A DNA stretch of 64,000 nt. Origin: Mobula hypostoma. Lineage: Eukaryota. Under the pieces are notes generated by a model. The model searched no databases. It was not told the DNA's origin and saw nothing but the letters and a program-made list of their open reading frames with translations. Numbering within the stretch: the first letter of the stretch is position 1; each line of letters starts with the position of its first letter. Shown here piece by piece: positions 1-10,269 of the stretch. The position numbers and the translations under genes were made by a program. The stretch is taken from NCBI RefSeq assembly GCF_963921235.1, contig NC_086097.1:229898001-229962000 (forward strand), read 5' to 3'.

Positions 1-617
1 CTCCTTATTGCCCAGGGCACCTGGAGTTCATTTTCATCCTGCCTCTCAAACACATTCGCAGCATCACCTCATGACAATATTCTGAAATGCCCTTGCTTCT
101 GTACAACAGGCTAACATTAAAAACTCAGCTCCTCACTTTTATAAAAATCGTCACCCTTAATCTGCACTGCACCTAAACTGAATCCATTTCTATGTCCACA
201 TTCTCAACAATCTTCCAAATTCCATGACCTCCATACCTACAAGGAGTTCTGGTTTACTGCTAATGAATTTAACAGCAAGATTTCATTGTAACTTTCCTTT
301 CTCTTTCGGCATCCAGCTGGTTAAGTAAATAAGGATGTGGCGGCCTGGTCTGGGACACGACAAAAGGAAGGGGCAGAAGCAGAAGGCTTGAATCTCCTCC
401 ATCATTCAGTAGGATCAAACATAATCCCATGCTTTCATTTTCCTAACTGATTCCCACGTCTCGCAGTTCCCTCAGCATCCAAAAATCTATCAATTTCAGC
501 CTTGAATTTTGTTAGTTCTCTAAGGGGGGGGGGTGTCTCCAAAAAATTACAGCCATCTGCATGATTAACCCTGGCAATAGTTGCTTGGCAATTAGGAGGG
601 AGATTGGAACTTGAGTT

Positions 618-678
618 TGGAGAGACGCACAGAGAGGCAGAGAGAGATAGACAGAGTCAGAGAGAGGCAGAGAGAGAA
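618..678. repeat. (GA)n-rich microsatellite
   Basis: gagagacgcacagagaggcagagagagatagacagagtcagagagaggcagagagaga. Confidence 0.7.
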
Positions 679-1368
679 CTTGTGATTGCAATGGGAGATA
701 AAGCAAAATAAAGGTTTACTTTTTCCAAAATTGAACATATTTTATTCAAATGAAAGATAAAATTGGAAATAACATACTAAAATCATTCTTACTATTCATA
801 TATACTTGCGGTTCATGAGAATTTGCTGTCGTTAATTTTTAAACACTGACTTACTGACAATTGTCCTTGTGCCAACTGCATTATGGGAAACAAGGCCAGA
901 ATGCAAACGGTGGGGGGGTGGGGAAGGGAAGATGAGATGCCAGCAGCATAGAGTTGTAGCTACCACAGCCTGTCCAAGTCAGATAGAGCCACATGCCAAG
1001 GCGGCAGGTGGCTGTTTCACTTTTAATTTATTATTTTTAAATGAGAGCACTTAAAAATGCAAATTTAAATTTGGTGAAGCAACAATAACAGTGTTGTAGC
1101 ATCCGCACACCTATTCCAATAATGCTATGCAACATGTAAACTTACTGTGTGGGCAGTGAGCAGATTATAATTGCAAAATAAATAAATTTATTATGCCAGC
1201 AGCAGTCAGCTGGAAACCCACAAAAGTAAATTTTTTTAACTAGAAAAATATGAATCAGCTGATCTAAATAGCAAATCTACGTCATGCAGAAGAACCAAAG
1301 ATTTTCCATCCTATGTACATTCTAACATTGCTATTCTAATACAATGTTATGCCTCTCTAAAGACCAGT

Positions 1369-1800
1369 ATCAAATCAAGTTTATTATCATTTAACTATAT
1401 ACTGTATATGTATGTAACGTATATAACCAAATAATGTATATAGAAACAAGACAATGTTTCTCCGAATCAGGGTGTAAAGTGCATAACACACAATAACTTA
1501 ACAAGGTAAGAATAAAATCTACAGATGGATTACACATAAATAACAAACTATAGTGTATTAATATTAAATATTGTACTAGAACAGTGACACTTCAAATACG
1601 ATGTGGCAGGGAGCTCAGAAGCCTAATGGCCTGGGGGAAGAACCTGTTTCTCATTCTAACCATTCCTGTTTTTATGCATCGTAGTCTTCTGCCTGACTGT
1701 AGAAAGTCAAAGAGGATGCTAGATGGATGGGTCGGATCTTTAATAGAGCCCTGCATATACAGCGCTCGTGATAAATGTCCCTCATGGATGGTAGGCAAAT
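1369..1800 (-). mobile_element. Rex1/Babar-type LINE 3' fragment
   Basis: ORF 1592-1807 reads IKDPTHPSSILFDFLQSGRRLRCIKT..RMRNRFFPQAIRLLS, the typical Rex1/Babar RT C-terminus. An AT-rich 3' UTR runs toward 1369. Confidence 0.8.
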
Positions 1801-2254
1801 TTCTCAATATTTTAGATTGAAATTTCTTTCTCCATGAAGAAATGACAGTCTTTCGAGTTAAATCACTTCTTTGAGAAGCTTAAGCTAACTAGAAAATATG
1901 ATTAGCAATTTGCGAATTATGCAAAGCTTTAAAAAAAAGTCCTTGAGATCTGTTGGGCAATATCACTCATGGTCATAAGATAACCAAGTGGCCTCCTTGT
2001 GATTCACCTCCCTCTGAACTGTACTCCCGGCAGTCTTGCCATTCCAAATGCCTTTGTATTTCAATAAAGATTGAGACAGCAGGGATTTGTGGTAAGAAAG
2101 GAGCAGACCAGAAGAATGTTAAGAAATTAAACAAATGAAGTGAATTTACATCTGGAAAAGTAACCAGTGAGAATTATCACACTGAATTATGGCACAGATT
2201 GTGTAGAATCTCAGACTTACACAATTAAATGAAATGCATGCAGGGTTCCAGAAG

Positions 2255-2505
2255 CATGGGGTGGGGGGCAATCTCATGAAAACTACTGAATGTTCAAAGG
2301 CCGCAACAGAGTGGATGTGGAGAGGATGTTTCCTATGGTGAGGGAGTCTAAGACTACAGGACATAGCTTCAGAACAGAGGGATGTCCTTTTAGAACAGAG
2401 AAGAGGAGGAATTTCCTTAGCCAGAGTGGAATTTGTTGCCATAGGCGGCCGTGGAGACCTGGTCATCGGGTGTATTTAAGGTGGAGGCTGATAGATTCTT
2501 GATTG
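2255..2505 (+). mobile_element. CR1 LINE 3' fragment
   Basis: ORF 2290-2502 RVDVERMFPMVRESKTTGHS..FRTEKRRNFLSQ matches the CR1 ORF2 C-terminus. Confidence 0.8.
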
Positions 2506-2506
2506 G

Positions 2507-3710
2507 TAAACACAAAATAATCTGCAGATGCTGGGGCCAAAGCAACACTCACAACACGCTGGAGGAACTCAGCAGGTCGGGCAGTATCAGTGGAAAAGAT
2601 CGGTCGATGTTTCGGGCCGGAACCCTTCCTCAGGACTGTAGGGGGAAGGGGCAGAGGCCCTATAAAGAAGGTGGGGGGAGGGTGGGAAGGAGAAGGCTGG
2701 TAGGTTCCAGGTGAAAAACCAGTAAGGGGAAAGATAAAGGGGTGAGGGAGGGGAGGCAGGGAGGTGATAGGCAGGAAAGGTGAAGAAAGAATAGGGGAAA
2801 ACACAATGGGTAGTAGAAGGAGGCGGAACCATGAGGGAGGTGGTAGGCAGCTGGGAGAGGGGGCAGAGTGACATAGGGATAGAGGAAGGGAGGGGGAGGG
2901 AATTACCGGAAGTTGGAGAATTCTATGTTCATACCAAGGGGCTGGAGACTACCTAGACGGTATATAAGGTGTTGCTCCTCCAACCTGAGTTCAGCCTCAT
3001 CATGGCAGTAGAGGAGGCCATGTATGGACATATCTGAATGGGAGTGGGAAGCAGAGTTGAAGTGGGTGGCTACTGGGAGATCCTGTCTGTTTTGGCAGAC
3101 AGAGCGGAGGTGCTCGACGAAGCGGTCCCCCAATCTGCGTCGGGTTTCACCGATGTAGAGGAGGCCGCACCGGGAGCACCGGATGCAATAGATGACCCCA
3201 ACAGACTCACAAGTGAAGTGTTGCCTCACTTCGAAGTACTGTTTGGGGCCCTGAATACTGGCAAGAGAGGAGGTGTAGGGACAGGTGTAGCACTTGTGCT
3301 TACAGGGATAAGTGCCAGGTGGGAGATCCGTGGGGAGGGACGTGTGGACCAGGGAGTCGCGGAGGGACCGATCCCTGCGGAAGGCGGAGAGGGAAAGATG
3401 TGCTTAGTGGTGGGGTCCTGTTGAAGGTGGCGGAAGTTGCGGAGGATAATGTGTTGGATCCGGAGGCTAGTGGGGTAGTAGGTGAGGACAAGGGGAACTC
3501 TGTCCCTGTTGTGGTGGCGGGAGGATGGGGTGAGAGCCGAAGTGCGGGAAATGGAGGAGATGCGGGTGAGGACATCATTAATGACAGCAGAAGGGAAACC
3601 ACGATCCTTAAAGAAAGAGGACATTTGAGATGTCCTGGAACGGAAAACCTCATCCTTGGAGCAGATGCAGCGGAGACGGAGGAACTGGGAATAGGGAATG
3701 GCATTTTTGC
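2507..3710 (-). mobile_element. Penelope-like element, 3' part: RT thumb/linker, GIY-YIG endonuclease and terminal repeat with hammerhead motif
   Basis: ORF 3226-3710 CKNAIPYSQFLRLRCICS..FFKDRGFP..RVPLVLTYYP. ORF 2903-3229 FTCESVGVIYCIRCSRCGLLYIGETRRRLGDRFVEH..GMN is a GIY-YIG domain. The two ORFs are frameshifted relative to each other. Confidence 0.92.
2601..2638 (-). ncRNA. minimal hammerhead ribozyme-like motif in Penelope terminus
   Basis: Minus strand cagtc CTGAGGA A GGGTTCCGGCCC GAAA ca TC gaccg. Core boxes are intact; the stem III G is mutated. Confidence 0.55.
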
Positions 3711-3711
3711 A

Positions 3712-4471
3712 TGTGCCACCCCAAGCCAAGCTCCAGGAGCCCAAGCCTTGAGGATTCCAAGTCAAGCTCCAAGAACCCAAGCCTTGAGGATCCCAAGCCA
3801 AGCTCCAAGCCTCGAGGATCCCAAGCCAAGCTCCAAGATCCCAAGCCTCGAGGATCCCAAGCCAAGCTCCAAGAACCCAAGCTTCAAGGATCCCAAGCCA
3901 AGCTCCAAGAACCCAAGTCTCGAGGATCCCAAGCCAAGCTCCAAGAACCCAAGCCCTGAGGATCCCAAGCCAAGCTCCAAGAACCCAAGCCTCGAGGATC
4001 CCTAGCCAAGCTCAAGACCCAAGACCCCAGCCTGCAGCCAAGCTCAAGACCCAAGACCCCAAGCCTCGAGGATCCCAAGCCAAGCTCAAGATCCAAGACC
4101 CCAAGCCTTGAGGATCCCATCCCAAGCCAAGCTCAAGACCCAAGACCCCAAGCCTCGAGGATCCCAAGCCAAGCTCAAGACCCAAGACCCCGGCCTCAAG
4201 CCATGTCATGTACTTGCCTGGTTCTGGGGTCCGAGCCTGAGGAAAGACCCAGGTTCTGGGTCCTTGTCCAGTCTCGGGCTCAGAGTCCGAGCCTTGTCTC
4301 CTCGTCCATGGTTCCTAGTTCGGGTCCCGCTTTCCCTAGCCCAAGTCTGCGTACTTGTCCCTGCTCCTTGCCTGTATCCTGTCACGTCCCTTCTCCAGTC
4401 AAGTCCTGTTCATTGTACTTCAGTGTCTGTGTCTTGCATTTGGGTCGGTTCCCAGCACCCCCATTGTGACA
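3712..4471 (+). mobile_element. probable Gypsy-type LTR remnant containing the minisatellite; 5' end lost
   Basis: Ends ..tgtgtcttgcatttgggtc..ccattGTGACA, resembling fish Gypsy LTR 3' ends. No PBS follows. Confidence 0.5.
3720..4202. repeat. minisatellite, ~36-bp unit (CCAAGCCAAGCTCCAAGAACCCAAGCCTCGAGGATC), changing to a ~42-bp variant
   Basis: About a dozen tandem copies are directly visible, built from CCAAG pentamers. They produce the repetitive EDPKPSSKNPSL ORFs. Confidence 0.92.
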
Positions 4472-4474
4472 GAT

Positions 4475-5125
4475 AAGGTAGAGGAACAGAATTAGGCCAT
4501 TTGTCCCATCGAGTCTGTTCTGCCATGTCATCATGGCTGTTCCATTTTCCCTCTCAGCCCCAATCTCCTGCCTTCTCCCCGTATCCCTTCCTGCCCCGAC
4601 TAATCAGGAATCTATCAACCTCTGCTTTAAATATACCAAAATGACTTGGCCTCCACAGCCACCTGTGGCAATGAATTCCAGATTCACCACTCTTTGGCTT
4701 AAGAGATTCCTCCTGATCTCCGTTCTAAATGGACTCCTCTCTATTCTGAGGCAGCGTCCTCTGGCCCTAGACTCCCTCACCAAAGGGGACATCCTCTCCA
4801 TATCCACTCTGTCAGGGCCTTTCAACATATGATGGGTGTCAATGAAACGCCCCTTCTCTCTTCTGATATGGCTTTCAGGACTTGGCAATTGAACCCTGAT
4901 AAAAGACTCTGACCATCTAACCTGTCAATGCACCTCACAATTACAGATTCGATCAAGTCCCCCTCCCACAGCCTGTGACACTCCAGAGAAAAAAACAACC
5001 CAAGTTTGTCCAACCTCTCTTTATAACTAAGAGATTCTAAACCAACATCCCAGTGTCTCCCTTCTACATCCCGTTCAAAGCCTCTGCCTTTAGTGTGGTA
5101 AACAGAACTGCACACAATGCTCCCA
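4475..5125 (-). mobile_element. two abutting CR1 3' fragments
   Basis: ORFs 4604-4888 (LKGPDRVDMERMSPLVRESRARG..) and 4822-5115 (LSYKERLDKLGLFFSLE). Confidence 0.8.
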
Positions 5126-6449
5126 ATAAGTATGATTGTTTACATTACTAATGGTAGGAGACACAGGGGTTGGGCCAGGAGAGCAGGAGTGAATTTGGTA
5201 ATGAACTGTTACAGACTTCATTGCTTCCAGAATCAAAAAAGGTCTCTAACTTGAAAGTGATTTTTAAGTAATTCAAATACTGATTTTAAACAATTCGTAG
5301 GCTATGTTTGGCGACAGCTTTTGAGGAGAATCCAATTAGATTCACCAAAAAGTCATTCAGAAGTCAACAACACCTGTATTGGGAAAATGCATGTATATAA
5401 ATTTACAAATAATTATGAAGAGCACCCACCTGCTATACAGATTTTAATTTCTTCACAACAATTCCAATATTTTTCTCCTGCTTTTTTTATTGTGGAACAT
5501 CTTTCATGACAGAAAATCGGTTGAAAATATGAATATTTCCAATGAGTGCCCTTCTCCCCTTCTCTTATAAAAGTTGCGCCTGAGAACCTGGCACAAAACC
5601 CCCTCCATTTTATACTCCCTCCTCTAGGAGGCAGTTGAAGTATCTGCAGAATCTTAAGCACAACCCTCAATGCTCCCACCTAGGGCACAGTTTAGTGAAC
5701 ATACAGGTCACTAATCCCAATGCACTCACAGCACAATTGTTCATAGTTGCTTTTCAGTAGAAAAACCCGTAAACTACATTTTGCAATCCTAATTCCAGAA
5801 ATAATATAAAAGAGATCCATGAAAAACAAAGGAGACAAAGACAATTGGGTTACTAGCATTATGTTTGGATGCTGTGATGGAAGAATGAATCAACTGAGGA
5901 GTGTTCTCTTGTCGGCCTATTTTAGCTCTTTTTTAAATGTTTACCTGAGTTATATTTAGGAATTTTAAAGAATCTGGTGTGAGCACGTTTAAAGCAAGCA
6001 ACACACAAGATTATTAAATAACAATTATCAAACACAATTAGACAAGAATGATGTGGTTGAAATACAGGCAATCTCAAGCATTACTTTAATAGGCTATTTT
6101 GTGTGGTTTAATAAGCTATTGATCTATCAATGTGCCTTTGTTGCAATCGTTTCTAAATACAGACCGGTGCCAATCCTCTGTAAACAATCTAACACTGCAT
6201 AATATTGATGAAAGCCAACACCATGCGCAACGAGGGGCTCACAGTCCTTTACAAAATATTTTTCTACGCAAGTATTTCTACTTCCTCATTTTCTGCATAC
6301 ACAGTTGTTGAATGTAATCTGCAACAGTTAACATTTTGAATGGTTCCGAAGTGACCGCACCAGGAGGTGGGGCCTTGCCCTTTGCTCATGATCAGGCCAA
6401 AAGACCACGGCCAATTGTTTTGGTTACTTTGTTCTTCCCCGAGTAGGGC

Positions 6450-7600
6450 AGCGCACGTACTGTCAGTGCAGCAACTCCAGCACACCCGCGCACAACCTTT
6501 CAATGAAGCTTTTCATTCAATCCAGGTTTGATTGACTGCAGTGTTTACTTAGAGCTCTAGTAAACAGGCGGCACACACACACTGCGGCTGATCTACAATA
6601 ACCCCGGCTTGTTAAATAGAGAGAGACAGCAGCAACGCTTCCTCTCCTCTCAGAACAGAGAATTTTGGCGCTATTTTTCCCCCAAGGTTTCCTCTGTGTT
6701 AATTTGTGTTCCCGTCTGTTGCTGCCGTGCGTGGGTGCCCGTGTCCTGCTTCACGAAGCTCCACTGCCCAGGTGAACAGCGACACGTTCTGCAGACCCCG
6801 AGCCACACGCTCCCGTTTGAGGTGCCCGCCGCTCTTCGCTCTCGCCAACTCAAAAAGTGCGGCGGCAGACAACCAGACGAGACGCAAAAACCTTACATAT
6901 CTGCAAACAAAGCGACGGCAAAAAGCTGCCGGTGAAGGGTTTCTCCTCGACCCGGTGTCACTGCGGAGAAGGGGAAGAGAACAACCCCCACCAGCAGGCA
7001 GACCATTGCCAAGTAACACCGCGTGGTTAACCTTTCCAAGTAGCTGACTAGCCGGGAGTCAGATGGAGGATGAATGACCCACCCTCCCAACAGGATAAGA
7101 CCCACAAAGGGTCCAGCGGGGGGCTCAGCAGCCTCCAAAGGTGCCCGGGGGGGAGGGAGCTCGCCTCGGCTTCGGACGCCGGATCTCAGCGGGAGGGTGG
7201 TGGTGCAGGTGGTGCTATGATTCTCTGCCTCTTACTGGAGGTATGACAATATTTGGAAGCACACGGTGGCAAAACCGGCACATTCCCAATCCACATTCTC
7301 CGTTTTAGTTACACACCTTTTCTCTGCATTTCATCTGCACTTTGCTGACGTGGTGGTGGTGCAAACCAGGTCCCATCACGACGATCTCCTCCTCCGGGTA
7401 TTCCCGCAGGGTGCCATCCTCCAGCATGACCATGTAGAGGTTGCATCGCCCCCCACACTCCTTGTTTTCGGATTTCAGCGCCTGGATCACCCCGGGGATA
7501 AGCTGCCCATCTCCGGCCGGACTCGGAGCGCAAACCCGGCTGCCCAGAATCGATCTCTTTGCAGAACGACGAGCTTGCATCGCGAGGTTTCTGACCCCCT
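6450..7600. promoter_or_regulatory. CpG-rich, repeat-free region spanning the first coding exon and the start of the next intron
   Basis: Visibly high CG dinucleotide density compared with the CpG-depleted flanks. Confidence 0.6.
7317..7580 (-). CDS. ZNF704: first coding exon (88 codons, phase-0 donor) of a ZNF704/ZNF395/SLC2A4RG-family zinc-finger gene; later exons not identified in this window
   Basis: MQARRSAKRSILGSRVCAP.. matches the recalled N-termini of long ZNF704 (MQARRLAKR..LGSR) and ZNF395 (RRLGKRSLLGARV). The ATG is in gcgATG context. A donor AAG|GTGTGT follows ..CREK at 7317/7316. The sequence is CpG-rich and unique. Assignment to ZNF704 rather than ZNF395 rests on the MQARR start only. 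Confidence 0.75.
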
Positions 7601-8134
7601 TCGATTAGTTTTATTATACGAAATTATATGCAAAGATGCAATTGCAAAAATAACTAAATGTTAATTTTTTTTCTCTCAAAAACAAACCAAACCACAAACC
7701 GCCCGGCATTCAGAGCAGAGTTGTTTGTTTTCGTAGCCCTCGCAAAGCTGACATTGCAACTTGCAAAATTAGAAATGGACTTCAGAACAGCGGAATGAAT
7801 GCCTATATTTTTCTCTGAATCAATTCTGAAAAAAAAGGGGAATGAACTGCAGTATTTTAATAGATTTATAAGCGGAGAAAATAGAAAATCGAGATTGAGG
7901 GATAAATAGAGATGAACATTTAAAAAAAACAACTTGGTTTCTCAATTCAAATTTATTTATTCACTGTGTAAAATAATCTTTTCATATACATTTTACATCT
8001 TCCTCTGTTATTTAATCCCATTTAGTGTTCATAAATACTGTATTCACCTGTTTACGTTAGTCAAAACCAACAATAATCTACAAGGTAGAGTTTTATTAAA
8101 TAAAAGATAGTATAGGTTCACAAAAGGAGATACT

Positions 8135-8402
8135 GAGTCATAGAATAGTGCAGCACAGAAATAGGCCCTTCGGCCCATCTAGTCCACGCTGAAACCATTT
8201 AAACTGCCCACTCCCATCGACCTGCGCCGGGACCATAGCCCTCCGTACCCCTATCATCCATGTGCCTATTCAAACGTCTCTTAAACGTTGAAATCGAGTT
8301 CGCACGCACCACTTGCGCTGGCAGCTCATTCCGCACTCTCAGGACCCTCCGAGTGAATTAGTTTCCCCTCATGTTCCCCCTTGACCTATTCACCTTTCAC
8401 TG
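8135..8402 (-). mobile_element. CR1 3' end/UTR fragment
   Basis: gagtcatagaatagtgcagcacagaaataggcccttcggccc.. is the same 3' terminus seen at many CR1 copies in the window. Confidence 0.75.
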
Positions 8403-8829
8403 TTGACTATTAACATACGAGGTATTCCCACAGCGGATCACAACTTTGCTTAAACTGGCTGTGGGATTTAGGAGTGGAATTTGAAATTTAGGCAAACACA
8501 GTTGAATGAGTGAATACGCGTGGGAATAATCAAAAGGCCAGAAATTCTAATTTCAGAGAGTGATAATGGAATTTAGGAGACAAAGTGGAAGAAATATCAA
8601 TTTGCAAGTAAAGATGAAAGTTATGAAATTCAGGTGCTATTGTAGAGCTAATGTGGGTCTGCAGATTTTGGGTGCCTCGAGCTGGGACACCACCAAGAGT
8701 TTTGAATAGCATCAAGTTTTACATCGAGTTAAACCTTGCACAAAGACGGGGAAAACACTGATACATTCGGAGATTATGAAAACTAACTAACATAGATTCG
8801 CAGTAGAGCTAACTCATGGCCTTGTTTCT

Positions 8830-9250
8830 CCTTTCAGAGTCCGGCCAGCCGATCCATACTCCGGTTTAAATTATTTTCCGCGCTTTCCCTGGGAGTGGCC
8901 CTCCGTACCGGCGGAATGCTGCCCGCCCCCTCACTGTAACCATGTGCTACTCCCGATGGTGCCCCGAGCCCATTGGCTGCATGCGGTGCACGCCTCCGGC
9001 AGTCATTCACTGTACAACGCCGTGCGCTCGACAGAGCGGCTGCGGAGCTGCTGCCAAGTGGACGCTGCTGGGCGGGTGTTCCACTCTCCCGTCCCCGGCC
9101 CGGCCTGCTGTTGCAGTCTCTCGATGCAGAGAGGATGAGTATCAAGCTGTAGGGTCTGACCACTAGCTCGGTGATCACATGTATCGAGCCTGAAATAGTT
9201 CAGGCTTTCAAATTCCCACGTCGCTGAGATCGTTCCGCTTTAAACAATAG
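8830..9250 (-). promoter_or_regulatory. putative CpG-island promoter of the ZNF704-like gene
   Basis: CpG-dense. GC boxes at 8921-8930 (GGGGGCGGGC on minus) and 9070-9075, CCAAT on minus at 8972-8976. Lies about 1.3 kb upstream of the ATG. Confidence 0.55.
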
Positions 9251-9354
9251 GACAATTTAGAGGCTGCGGGAAACTCCAACTAGATAAAGTAAACCATACC
9301 TACTAAAGTGCAAAATTACTTCGCCACTGTGTATATTCAACAGCACGTGTTTCA

Positions 9355-9520
9355 GAACAATCTGCTGCAGGGATTCAGTGGGTCGAGCAACATCTGTGAA
9401 CAACGGGTCCTATTGCCGGTTTTCCACCCGAAATTCCTTTCCAACAACCCCACCACAGATACTGCCTGAGCCGCTGACATCCTCCAGCAGATGTTGCACC
9501 GGATTCCTGCATCTCCCGCG
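9355..9520. mobile_element. old Penelope-terminus-like inverted fragment
   Basis: aatctgctgcagggattcagtgggtcgagcaacatctgtg ... cacagatactgcctgagccgctgacatcctccagcagatgtt form imperfect inverted arms. Confidence 0.4.
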
Positions 9521-10058
9521 TCTTGACAAATCCAGGGTAGGTTTGAGGGTTAACAGTAAAGTCTAAATTATTTTATTAGGAATTATCTGCATTACAGCAG
9601 TTTTGTTGCTAAGGCTAACCGACCTGCTTTCTGTGAACACTGGGACGCTGGGCAGAAAACTCCGATAGCTCAGTCGGTTAAAAAAAATACGACGGAGTTT
9701 TTTTTCTGTTGCTTTTGTTAGTCAAAGTTCAAAGTAAATATTATCAATATGCATAGATGCCGTAAAACGAGTAATTTTAAGTAGTCAAGTAAACTTTGTG
9801 AGGTGAATAGTTGAGATTAGGTTGTGAACCACTTCCTGATTAGATGACTTTGTTCCTATCAGTATTTTTGGATAAAGAATGGTGATTTGTTGTAGATGCC
9901 AGTAACCTGCTTGAAATCCTGAATGTCAGGAATGGAAGAATGCGTGACATTTTGTTAAAACAAAACAAATTTAGGGCAACCATCAACATTACAGTGTGCA
10001 CAATGAAATAATATTTTAAATGACAGATACTTACATTTTTGTTTATTGTATAATGAGT

Positions 10059-10269
10059 TTTGGTAGGTGTTCTTTTTTCCAAATTCTTTATATTGATAGG
10101 CACGTCTTTATTGACCGGGGATGACTGGTCGCGTAAAGAATACGTTCAGAGGTGATACGATGGTGACGCTCTCAAGCAAGATGTCTAATAGTGAAAGCTA
10201 CAGAGGAGTGCCCCATAAAACCATAAGGCATAGGAGCAGAATTAGGCAATTCGGCCCATCAAGTCTGTT
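10059..10269 (+). repeat. left copy of ~210-bp direct duplication (partner 13098-13304)
   Basis: tttggtaggtgttct..ccatcaagtctgtt occurs twice with only a few differences. Confidence 0.93.

Noticed and set aside
3720..4202. Regular ~36-bp repeats suggesting a CRISPR array or a repetitive protein gene
   Set aside because: Units are contiguous with no unique spacers, there are no cas genes, and the context is eukaryotic. The ORFs are by-products of the repeat.
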